From a virus (taxonomy: Duplodnaviria > Caudoviricetes): a stretch of DNA of 44,295 bases. The notes under the pieces are model-generated. The model was not told where the DNA came from, ran no database searches, and worked only from the letters and a program-made list of their open reading frames with translations. Made by a program: the position numbers and the translations under genes. The stretch spans positions 1 to 44,295 of IMG/VR virus record IMGVR_UViG_3300033067_002050. The stretch is one strand, 5' to 3'. This document shows positions 36,546 to 44,295 of the stretch, piece by piece. Each line of letters starts with the position of its first letter. Within the stretch, counting starts at the first letter, position 1.

Positions 36546-36785
36546 TTAGTTGATTTGAATTGAATATTTCTTGATAATACGAGGACCGATTATATCAAGT
36601 AAAATGGTACGTGGAAACACCTTTGCTGACTTAATTGGTGGTTCATCTAACATAATACTACACACCTCCCAATTACCCATATCACGCTCAACAGTCTTTT
36701 GAGATGCACCAGTTGTAGCTTTCTCAAGTTTCCGCCAAACAGCATTGTTCATCCCCTTGGTTCCGGTTAATACAAAATTATACAT
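36546..36785 (-). CDS. Hypothetical protein
   Basis: ORF in operon. Confidence 0.65.
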   Translation of the reverse strand: MYNFVLTGTKGMNNAVWRKLEKATTGASQKTVERDMGNWEVCSIMLDEPPIKSAKVFPRTILLDIIGPRIIKKYSIQIN

Positions 36786-36790
36786 ATTGA

Positions 36791-37087
36791 TTAATTTACT
36801 CTTACTGCAAATGCAAAGTTACAAGATATTGGCATCTTTAAAAGCCGCTCATCACTCTGTGCCACCTCAACAAAATCAGCATCATATTCGTCAACCTCTG
36901 TAAACAGCAAACGATAGGCTTCCTTGAAGGCTAAATCACGGCGTGTCCCAGCAATGCGAATCCGATACTTCCAGCCATACTTTTGATATCCATACAGGAA
37001 AACAAACCCAACCGTACCAAACTTATGCATGGTTGCCAGTTCCTTGAATTCCTTAAACGATTTGGGCTTATCAGTACAAAGTATCAT
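36791..37087 (-). CDS. Hypothetical early protein
   Basis: ATG 37087 after the promoter at 37106. Confidence 0.7.
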   Translation of the reverse strand: MILCTDKPKSFKEFKELATMHKFGTVGFVFLYGYQKYGWKYRIRIAGTRRDLAFKEAYRLLFTEVDEYDADFVEVAQSDERLLKMPISCNFAFAVRVN

Positions 37088-37140
37088 ACTCTTAATTTGA
37101 GAACACAAAAATAGGGATATATTTCTATATCCCCAAATTT

Positions 37141-37302
37141 TTAGCTAACTTTTTTTTGCTTGTCGTATTCCAAGACAAATTCAATTCCGTCTTCCATTGC
37201 TGTTCGGAAATGGTCGGTGCGATATTCAGACGGCGTATCCTCATCAGCTTGGATAATCATATCCCGTAACAGCTTAACGGCGTTTTCTAATGTTAATTCC
37301 AT
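37141..37302 (-). CDS. 53-aa hypothetical protein (not in ORF track)
   Basis: MELTLENAVKLLRDMIIQADEDTPSEYRTDHFR... Confidence 0.65.
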   Translation of the reverse strand: MELTLENAVKLLRDMIIQADEDTPSEYRTDHFRTAMEDGIEFVLEYDKQKKVS

Positions 37303-37319
37303 ATAAGAGTATTTTTAGG

Positions 37320-37811
37320 TTATGAATGCATGTCAACGAAAACCACATATCTGGTTTCTCCATCGTCATCTTCCATCATATCGGTGACACCCATTTCATC
37401 AAAATCGTAGTTAAATAACGTGGTCTTGAAGATATCCACGTTTTCCCTTTCAATATCTGCAACTTGATACAGATATTTGGCATATTGCTGTAAGCTCCAC
37501 AGCTCATGCTTAGGCCATTTGGTAATATCCGGCTCTGTCTTCAGCATCTCTATTGCTGACTCACAATAAATGCCGCTGTCATTAATCCATGACTTTACCA
37601 GCTTATTGAGTTTTTTGATTGTGTTGTACTCTTGGTCGGCGGGAGACCAACGGCCATCATCATTTACATAAACTTCATCATGTTCAGAGACACATCCACA
37701 AATGGTTCTCCAATTGTTTTCGTTTCCCCAATCCATGAGTTCGTTCTCCACATGATTACAGGCATCTTCCGGGCAGTCAGCTTTGACCACCACTAGGTGT
37801 AAATTGTGCAT
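37320..37811 (-). CDS. Hypothetical acidic protein
   Basis: MH..VVV...VFVDMHS. Confidence 0.8.
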   Translation of the reverse strand: MHNLHLVVVKADCPEDACNHVENELMDWGNENNWRTICGCVSEHDEVYVNDDGRWSPADQEYNTIKKLNKLVKSWINDSGIYCESAIEMLKTEPDITKWPKHELWSLQQYAKYLYQVADIERENVDIFKTTLFNYDFDEMGVTDMMEDDDGETRYVVFVDMHS

Positions 37812-37864
37812 TTGCTTTGTTTTATGGTTATTAAAAAAAGGGGTGTGGTTAGTACCCCTTAGAA

Positions 37865-38221
37865 TTACGATTCTAATCCGGCAACAATATCAGCAATCGC
37901 ACAGATACAGGGAGCTGATAAATCGTCAACCTCAAACGTTCTGTCATCATCCGTCTCACCAATACAAGATAACCCAACAAAGGTTAACTTATCCTCGTTA
38001 TCAATATTAATAACAACAATCGGATATTCCTCATAGAAGCCATGCTTTGTAACATGAATGCCTCTGGGTAACTCATAAACCTCATCTTCAATATCATCCT
38101 CGTAACTCGCTGGGTCAACGATTTCATAGTTAGTACCCCGCTTCTTTAAGACACTCAGAATATAATCCAATGCCTTTTTTTCTACAGCTACGATTTTATT
38201 AACGAAAGTTTGTTTTGCCAT
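37865..38221 (-). CDS. Hypothetical protein
   Basis: 118 aa; hairpin at about 37838-37860. Confidence 0.75.
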   Translation of the reverse strand: MAKQTFVNKIVAVEKKALDYILSVLKKRGTNYEIVDPASYEDDIEDEVYELPRGIHVTKHGFYEEYPIVVINIDNEDKLTFVGLSCIGETDDDRTFEVDDLSAPCICAIADIVAGLES

Positions 38222-38239
38222 GATTTATTATTGATATGT

Positions 38240-38494
38240 TTAGTATTCTAATTCATACCCGTCCTCGTCCAGCATAAAAAAACTGGGGTCACTGCCTTGC
38301 GCTCTAACAGCATTAACAGCCGCTTTTCCTTGTAACGGTTCATTGTCTACAGCGTTATCCAAAAACCGTCCAGACATATGCCCATTTGTGGTTTCATCTG
38401 CAATATCTGTTAAAGACATACTTTCAGTAATTGGTTCATCACTCAAAACCTCAAACTGAAATACAGTACGATAAATTGTAGGTTTTACTGGCAT
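38240..38494 (-). CDS. Hypothetical early protein
   Basis: EVLSD..GSDPSFF; own promoter. Confidence 0.75.
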   Translation of the reverse strand: MPVKPTIYRTVFQFEVLSDEPITESMSLTDIADETTNGHMSGRFLDNAVDNEPLQGKAAVNAVRAQGSDPSFFMLDEDGYELEY

Positions 38495-38545
38495 GACTGA
38501 TTTATTTAGAATGTAAAGATAAGACTATTTTTGTTACAAGCAAAA

Positions 38546-38713
38546 TTATTTTTCATCATCCAAATCAAAATCCTCATCTTCATCATCTTCTAAACTGAAA
38601 TCATTTGCTTCAGGCTTAACAAGGTCATTTAATGCGTTCCATGCGTCAGCAGAATTCTCTGCGGATATTGAAATAACAGCTGATGTGTTGTTTGAAATGA
38701 ATACGTATGTCAT
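38546..38713 (-). CDS. 55-aa protein with acidic tail (not in ORF track)
   Basis: MTYVFIS...FSLEDDEDEDFDLDDEK*, own promoter. Confidence 0.7.
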   Translation of the reverse strand: MTYVFISNNTSAVISISAENSADAWNALNDLVKPEANDFSLEDDEDEDFDLDDEK

Positions 38714-38744
38714 GATTAGTTTATTTTATGATTCAAAGATAAGA

Positions 38745-38993
38745 CTATTTATTCACCTGACCAAATTTAATTCTGCATTCCCCCTTCATGGCCTCAATCA
38801 GTTCCCGATACAAATACGGGGGAATTGGTGTATGCGAAAGATAACCATTGGGGAACCGAGCCCTGATTCTTAAACCACCTGTCTTAAGCCGTCCAATGAC
38901 AAACCCAAACCGGAAACACTGGGTTGAAGGATGTGAGAAAATCACATGCTTAACCCTCCCTTTAACCGTAGATTTACATACAAAGTCTTTCAT
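38745..38993 (-). CDS. Hypothetical protein
   Basis: Coupled to the upstream stop. Confidence 0.65.
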   Translation of the reverse strand: MKDFVCKSTVKGRVKHVIFSHPSTQCFRFGFVIGRLKTGGLRIRARFPNGYLSHTPIPPYLYRELIEAMKGECRIKFGQVNK

Positions 38994-39284
38994 TATCCAA
39001 GTGCTTTTTTTAACATATCTGAATCCAGTTTCTTACCCACATCATTAATCCCCTTCTCAAATATTGTTACCATATGCCCATTGCCATATATATACAAAGG
39101 ATTACGAATAACAATACCAGCTTCAATCTTATACGCTGATGATTCACTATTAAAAAAACTTAATAGCTTCATCAATTGAATAAAACCTGTTGGCATGAGG
39201 GTTGACCTTCTTCCCCATTCCAAAATTCTGGGTCTTAAACCACACATCAATCTGGATAAATACCAATTCTGTTTTGTTTTTCAT
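38993..39284 (-). pseudogene. Frameshifted hypothetical gene (T7 run at 39152-39158)
   Basis: ATG 39284 right after a promoter; the frame stops at AAG TTT TTT TAA; removing one T joins it to NSESSAYK...LG. Confidence 0.6.
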
Positions 39285-39372
39285 GATACAAATATAAGAC
39301 TATTTCACATACCAACCAAATAAATCTTTCCAAAAATAAATTTGGTAGAACCAATTTTTCTCCCTATCTTTG

Positions 39373-39433
39373 ACTTGTCAAACAGGACGGGACGCTGCGA
39401 AGCGGGAGGTATACTCCACCCTACCCAGAACTT
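39373..39433 (+). ncRNA. Candidate small RNA, copy D
   Basis: Identical to copy B through TATACTCC; its tail CTACCCAGAACTTT matches copy A. Confidence 0.6.
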
Positions 39434-39613
39434 TTTGGATAGGGATATCCACAAAAAAAACCCCATGGGCGAAACCATTGGGGATTAAATGAGAAATAAT
39501 GAAAAGTTCAATACAAAGCTACAACAAATATTCCATTCCACCAAATTTATTTTAATAAAAAAAGGTCCTAAGAGTTTCCCCTTAGAACCTTATATGCTCA
39601 GTGTTTATGCTCT

Positions 39614-40534
39614 TTAGGCCAATTCAAACGCAGGTTCCAGCTCTACCTTTGCAATACCGGAAACAAACCGCAGGGATGCCAGATTCTTTTTGTAACCAGT
39701 ACCCAGAATCAGACTTTCCTCCTGACCATTCAGACGCTTCGGGCCTTTCCTGTCATGCGTGGTCCAACGGGTTACACCTGAATGAAGCCCCCACAGATTC
39801 AGCCCCTTATCCTTCACCTCTTTCTCAATAGAGGTATACAGACCTTCCATGATATTCTGGGACCGTGTAGGCAGCTCCTTTTGCTCCCTTAACAGGGATA
39901 ACCTGTCATGCCCCAGCACAGCATTGACCAATTCATGGGCCAGCGCCTTGCTTACATCCGTACTTTGAAAATGGCGGTACAGTTCCACCTGTTTGATGGA
40001 TACACCCAACGCCGTTTCAATCAGGGAAGGGATACTTTTGATTTTCTCCTCAATGGTTGAGGTATGGCGGAACTTTGCTTCACCGGCCTTGTAAAACTTG
40101 AAAAACTGGTTTTGGCAACTCATCGTTACATCACCAATACCCACTGACAGGGATGTACTTCCGTCGTTGCTGTCAATGATTGTAACATACCGTTTAATCA
40201 GGTCCCCATCCTTCAGCTTACTGTCACCTTCAATGGCCAGCTGCATGTATACCTTACGGCCTTCATGAATGCTTCCGGCTTTGCTTACAGTCAGTTTATC
40301 ACCAAAGTTTTTCATTCCCCGGAGAACCATTTCAACGATTTCAGCATTCTGGGAAATTGTGTAACCCTCTTTACAGGTATTGATACAGGACCCTGTTTTG
40401 GAATTAAACAAACCGTAATACGGGGTAATCAATTCATTCCCCTTGTCATTCTTACCGTTCAAGGGCCATTTCTCAATGGTAAAATCCAAACCATGGGCGG
40501 TCAGAATCTCTTTTACTCTTTTGTCGTAACTCAT
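39614..40534 (-). CDS. DUF932-family protein
   Basis: Y..SQN, AGSIHEGRKVY, DSNDGS, CQN, NLWGL..GVT...H. Confidence 0.85.
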   Translation of the reverse strand: MSYDKRVKEILTAHGLDFTIEKWPLNGKNDKGNELITPYYGLFNSKTGSCINTCKEGYTISQNAEIVEMVLRGMKNFGDKLTVSKAGSIHEGRKVYMQLAIEGDSKLKDGDLIKRYVTIIDSNDGSTSLSVGIGDVTMSCQNQFFKFYKAGEAKFRHTSTIEEKIKSIPSLIETALGVSIKQVELYRHFQSTDVSKALAHELVNAVLGHDRLSLLREQKELPTRSQNIMEGLYTSIEKEVKDKGLNLWGLHSGVTRWTTHDRKGPKRLNGQEESLILGTGYKKNLASLRFVSGIAKVELEPAFELA

Positions 40535-40606
40535 AATAAATGTTTTAAGTGATTGTTAATTTGACAAGGCAAATATAAGACTATTTTTGATATCTACCAA
40601 ATTTAT

Positions 40607-40789
40607 TTATATAAAATAATGTGCCAGAAATATCAAAACAAATATGCTTACTATGAGCATAATAACATACAGACCTTCTTTAATGGTAAAATTGGTATCT
40701 GGCGTTCTCCCATAGGTTACACCTTCTTCTTCCTCACATTCTGAAATATTATAACGTATCATACTGATTAAATTTATTTTATTCCACAT
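40607..40789 (-). CDS. Small protein with C-terminal transmembrane segment
   Basis: Likely start 40789. Confidence 0.55.
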   Translation of the reverse strand: MWNKINLISMIRYNISECEEEEGVTYGRTPDTNFTIKEGLYVIMLIVSIFVLIFLAHYFI

Positions 40790-41120
40790 TAATATTTCCC
40801 TTGGCCATCTCAATACACATGGTCAGCGCAATAACACGAGCCATCCGATTATCACATTTCCACCAAAATACGAGTTCTCCTTCTTCATCCCGTTCTTCAT
40901 CGGTTGGCCTGAAAATTTCAAACTCAGGAAATTGAGAAATATCACAACGGCCAAAAGTTTTAAAGTTATTAACTAAAAGACTAATCAACTCACATACACC
41001 TGATTCGTTCGTAAACCAATTAGGTGTAATCCACATAATTTGAGTATAACCTTTAAACTTCTTACCCTCAAGTAACCGTAAAGCTTTCTCATAATACTTG
41101 ATGCGCTCCTTTGCTTCCAT
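40779..41120 (-). CDS. Hypothetical protein, paralog of 30490..30813
   Basis: Shared motif; own promoter. Confidence 0.8.
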   Translation of the reverse strand: MEAKERIKYYEKALRLLEGKKFKGYTQIMWITPNWFTNESGVCELISLLVNNFKTFGRCDISQFPEFEIFRPTDEERDEEGELVFWWKCDNRMARVIALTMCIEMAKGNINVE

Positions 41121-41173
41121 GATATTTTTGTATTAGAATGTAAAGATAAGACTATTTCTAATATTCACCAAAT

Positions 41174-41908
41174 TTATTTTTTAAGGGATATAGCAAAACC
41201 AGTGGTAAATGCAATCTTATTGTCAGCCCCACTTCCCGCCTGATTCTTATACTTCAAACCAACAATAACACCCTTACCATCCAAAAACCGTAAATCCGTT
41301 TCATCACCAACAACCACCGGATAACCTTCATACTCAGCAGGAACTTCATCAAATACCATAGCCACATTCACCCCCTTCGCTAATAAACTCATAGCCACAT
41401 CATGATTAACTTCTGACCTGCTAAAAGTCAAATGATAATTCTTAGGCAACGGCTTATCAAAACGGTTGGGTATCTTTGTATAATCATAAAATTGCACACC
41501 CGGATATAAATCAAATATGCTCTTACCATCCCTTACCTTGATTTTCTCCCAAGTAATATCACTTGTACCATTCAAACGGAACGTAACAACCTTATCCGTA
41601 CCTTCATACTTCTTTACCAGCTTTCCAATCTCACTATCCAATTGTGCCATAAAACCCTTACGGTCAGCCAAATACCACTCAGTTTTATTCCGGCGACCCT
41701 CTTGTACCCTCTTATATACACCCCCAAAACCTGACTTGAATAAACAAGCACCGGAACACCCCTTACTCGCAAAAGGACACAAATTAATTCCTTTGCTATT
41801 ATCAGTATACGGTGACAAATACATGATATAGGTAATATACCCTAACTTTTCACCCTTTACTGTTTTGTGGTTATTTTTGCTTAATAACTTTGTGGTTCTG
41901 AATGTCAT
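41174..41908 (-). CDS. Phage Gp88-like (radical-SAM-related) protein
   Basis: LCPFASKGCSGACL, RLNGTSD, QFYDYTK, YHLTFS, GDETDLRFLD; ATG 41908. Confidence 0.8.
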   Translation of the reverse strand: MTFRTTKLLSKNNHKTVKGEKLGYITYIMYLSPYTDNSKGINLCPFASKGCSGACLFKSGFGGVYKRVQEGRRNKTEWYLADRKGFMAQLDSEIGKLVKKYEGTDKVVTFRLNGTSDITWEKIKVRDGKSIFDLYPGVQFYDYTKIPNRFDKPLPKNYHLTFSRSEVNHDVAMSLLAKGVNVAMVFDEVPAEYEGYPVVVGDETDLRFLDGKGVIVGLKYKNQAGSGADNKIAFTTGFAISLKK

Positions 41909-42146
41909 AACGTTTAATTGATTTAGAGAATGCAAATATAGGTTTATTTTTAATACCAACCAAATTTATTTTATTTTTCCCTTAGCACATATCTGAATAA
42001 TTGGTTGATTGTGATATCCTTAACTGAAGAACTGAAGCAAAGATAAGACTATTTTTAGTATTTCCAAATTTTTGACCAACTATTTTTAAAATATTTTTGG
42101 GACCTATATATAACATGCTTACCTTTATCCTTTAATCATAACCAAA

Positions 42147-42356
42147 ATGAATTATATGGAAAACATTTTGATTAAAGACAATCTCAAAAAAGTTATTGGT
42201 ATCCTTCAGGATACAATAGATAAAACTACGGTTATTAATAATTGTATGAAATATCTAAACTATTCATTTATTAAAAGGTTAGAAGCTCACTTCCAACTTC
42301 TTAAATTAAAAAAACAAAAAAGAAAACTTACAGCCCTCCTTCAAAAATTCTCATAA
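42147..42356 (+). CDS. Hypothetical protein
   Basis: After the + promoter at 42096-42127. Confidence 0.55.
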   Translation: MNYMENILIKDNLKKVIGILQDTIDKTTVINNCMKYLNYSFIKRLEAHFQLLKLKKQKRKLTALLQKFS

Positions 42357-42377
42357 CACTAAAAAAACAAGTACATA

Positions 42378-42611
42378 ATGCCACATCGTTATACCCTTCA
42401 TAAAGGTAAGGTGTCATTCCCTTGTAAACTAGCCAAAGAACATTGGATAATCGAAGGGAATATCTTCGGACTTAAAGATGTCCTTAAATTAGATAAAAAA
42501 AATCTATCGCCTACTCAGAAAGAACTTATTAAACTCTCCATCCGAGAACTCTCAGCCATGGAGAAAAGAATGAAAAAAGAACTCATCAAACAAGGTTACC
42601 AATATAAATAA
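42378..42611 (+). CDS. Hypothetical protein
   Basis: 77-aa ORF. Confidence 0.6.
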   Translation: MPHRYTLHKGKVSFPCKLAKEHWIIEGNIFGLKDVLKLDKKNLSPTQKELIKLSIRELSAMEKRMKKELIKQGYQYK

Positions 42612-42706
42612 CCCCACCAGACGCACCAGCATCTCGCTATGCACCCCTATGTACACAAATGTGTACAATTACAGTTCTTTTTGTGTACTTCATGATATTT
42701 ATTATC

Positions 42707-43234
42707 ATGAAACGAAATATTGAAACAAGAAAAAAATATTTGGAAGCAAACAAGGAAAAGATAGCTAAACAGAAAAAAGCATATTATGAAGCAAATAAAT
42801 TGAAATTAATTAATTATGGTAAAATATGGCGAGAAAAGAATTCAGACAAAATAAAGGCCTATTATAAAAGAAAACGAGCTACTGACACAATATATAAACT
42901 AAAAGGAAATATTAGATGTCTTATTAAAAATTCTATAATAAAAGAGTATAAAAAAGACACTAATACCATTCAAATTTTAGGGTGTTCATTTGAAGAATTT
43001 AAACAACACCTTGAGGCTAATTTTGAACCTTGGATGAATTGGGGAAATTACGGTAAACCAAGTAATAACATATATGAACCAAATAAAACATGGGATATTG
43101 ACCATATCATTCCGTTAGCTAATGCCAAAACAATTGATGATGTAATTAGACTTAATCATTATACAAATCTGCAACCACTATGTAGTTACAACAATCGGTA
43201 TATTAAACGTGATGTACACAAAAGTGGCAACTAA
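42707..43234 (+). CDS. HNH homing endonuclease (paralog of 27377 and 43554)
   Basis: LGCS..WMNW.NYG..WDIDHIIP..HYTNLQPLCS; ATG 42707 after ATATTTAT. Confidence 0.88.
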   Translation: MKRNIETRKKYLEANKEKIAKQKKAYYEANKLKLINYGKIWREKNSDKIKAYYKRKRATDTIYKLKGNIRCLIKNSIIKEYKKDTNTIQILGCSFEEFKQHLEANFEPWMNWGNYGKPSNNIYEPNKTWDIDHIIPLANAKTIDDVIRLNHYTNLQPLCSYNNRYIKRDVHKSGN

Positions 43235-43553
43235 TTTATACCTATGCCTAAGTCATAACCCTCCTGACCCAGCAACCCAAAAAAAAAAATTCTGGGCCGA
43301 AAAATAAGAGTAAATTTAAGCAAGGGGCCGTTTTTTATAGGGGGTTTTATATATCTCCCCACCCCTGATTATCACATAAAACCCTATTCTCAGGTGGGTC
43401 AAATAGGTTCTCCCTGTTTTTCAGGTATGTTTCGGAGGTATTTTCCCACTTTTTACCACTTTCTCCCAAAAATCTTTAAAAACCCCCAGAAAATGCAAAC
43501 GTGCCCATGAGGGTACGAAAAAGGAATCTTATGTACACAAAAGTGTACAATTT

Positions 43554-44171
43554 TTATCCATTATGCTTTTTAACGTATCGATTAATATATGAACACAATG
43601 GCTGAAGGTTGGTATAATTATTAAGACTAATTACATCAGCTTCACAAGTAGCTGTATCCAAAGGGATGATATGGTCAATGTCCCACCCATAGTCAGGCGT
43701 ACCGTTATAAAGTCCACGATTATCCCAATTCATCCAAGGTTCAAATTTAGCTTCGAGGTATACCTTAAATTCTTGGTAAGAGCAGCCAAGGATTTGTTCT
43801 GTTTTTGATAATTTTTTAAATGAATGTTTTCTAATTGAGTTACCAATAAGATTTTTGATATTGGTTTTAAGTTTAGTAAAAGTATCGTTTTGGTATCTTT
43901 CTTTATAATAAGTTCTTAATTTCTCTTTATTTGCATTACGCCATTCTTTTTGTTTAAGTAAAAGGAACTCTTTATTATTTTGATAATACTCTTTCTTTTT
44001 AAACGAAATTACATCTTTATTATTTTCGATATACTCTTGACGATGTATTTTATTATTTTGTTGATAAATTATATCGTATTCCTTCTTCTTGGTTTTATTT
44101 ATATCCCTGAGAGTCTTTAATTTATCCCTATTTTTGATGTAGTATTCTTTAGCTTTTTGTTTTTTATCCAT
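43554..44171 (-). CDS. HNH homing endonuclease
   Basis: Same motifs; repetitive basic helical N-terminus. Confidence 0.88.
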   Translation of the reverse strand: MDKKQKAKEYYIKNRDKLKTLRDINKTKKKEYDIIYQQNNKIHRQEYIENNKDVISFKKKEYYQNNKEFLLLKQKEWRNANKEKLRTYYKERYQNDTFTKLKTNIKNLIGNSIRKHSFKKLSKTEQILGCSYQEFKVYLEAKFEPWMNWDNRGLYNGTPDYGWDIDHIIPLDTATCEADVISLNNYTNLQPLCSYINRYVKKHNG

Positions 44172-44295
44172 AATTTATTTTAATATAAATATATTATGAT
44201 GGTAATTTGTTCATAATATTTTTATTAAAGTGTACATAAAATTAGGTTATGTGTTGCAGTAGAAGCAGATGTTATCTTTAGGGAGTAGGTATCCG

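Larger units (their letters stand above)
20908..42127. promoter_or_regulatory. Dispersed family of about 48 Bacteroidota-type strong promoters (consensus TAAATTTGGTGGATATCAAAAATAGTCTTATCTTTG)
   Basis: Minus-facing copies (left coordinate): 20908, 21602, 21784, 22139, 22562, 22786, 23572, 23946, 24208, 24323, 25221, 25505, 25773, 26359, 26894, 27251, 28802, 29061, 29578, 30457, 30833, 31128, 31372, 31817, 32227, 32925, 33208, 33492, 33990, 34337, 35033, 35873, 37106, 38514, 38734, 39289, 39514, 40570, 41141, 41933, 42038. Plus-facing: 21667, about 22842, 23147, 24375, 31425, 39341, 42096. They match -33 TTTG / -7 TAnnTTTG. Confidence 0.93.

Noticed and set aside
42-41831. Many short ORF-track entries nested in or antisense to longer genes (e.g. 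1228..1641, 3089..3418, 18220..18531, 34574..35002, 41517..41831)
   Set aside because: They are shadow frames of better-supported genes, with no promoter, coupling or motifs.
20908-42127. CRISPR array or integron attC array
   Set aside because: Spacing is irregular and gene-sized (hundreds of bp), the repeats are degenerate and match the Bacteroidota promoter consensus, there is no attC-type dyad, and no cas or integrase gene is in the window.
1-44295. Alternative genetic code (stop-codon reassignment)
   Set aside because: Standard-code ORFs tile the window densely, recognisable enzymes are full length, and TAA, TAG and TGA all end genes.

Overview
An AT-rich fragment of a large (jumbo-type) dsDNA phage whose host is very probably in the Bacteroidota: it has dozens of TTTG-N19-21-TAnnTTTG promoters and A-rich leaders without Shine-Dalgarno sequences. 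The left part (1-20.4 kb) holds middle/late and auxiliary genes: a ClpB/C C-terminus, an ABC-ATPase/GNAT split by a frameshift, a YkuK-like RNase H, an LRR protein, thioredoxin, PNKP, Pth2, RNA ligase, a nucleotidyltransferase and DHFR. A G-run locus at about 20.5-20.7 kb, where GC skew appears to switch, separates this from a 21 kb array of small genes (20.9-42.1 kb). Most of those genes sit behind their own copy of a conserved ~32-50 bp promoter repeat (about 48 copies). Main findings: (1) three intron-less endonuclease genes of three different families each sit inside a phage gene (GNAT, RNA ligase, RNase H), overlap a diverged replacement terminus of that gene, and leave the original terminus stranded on their other side; (2) a four-copy, promoter-driven, structured ~55-nt ncRNA candidate; (3) a recurrent GTACAC-N4-GTGTAC palindrome that also brackets two HNH genes; (4) the cassette-like promoter-gene array. 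All calls come from motif reading by eye; no database searches were run.
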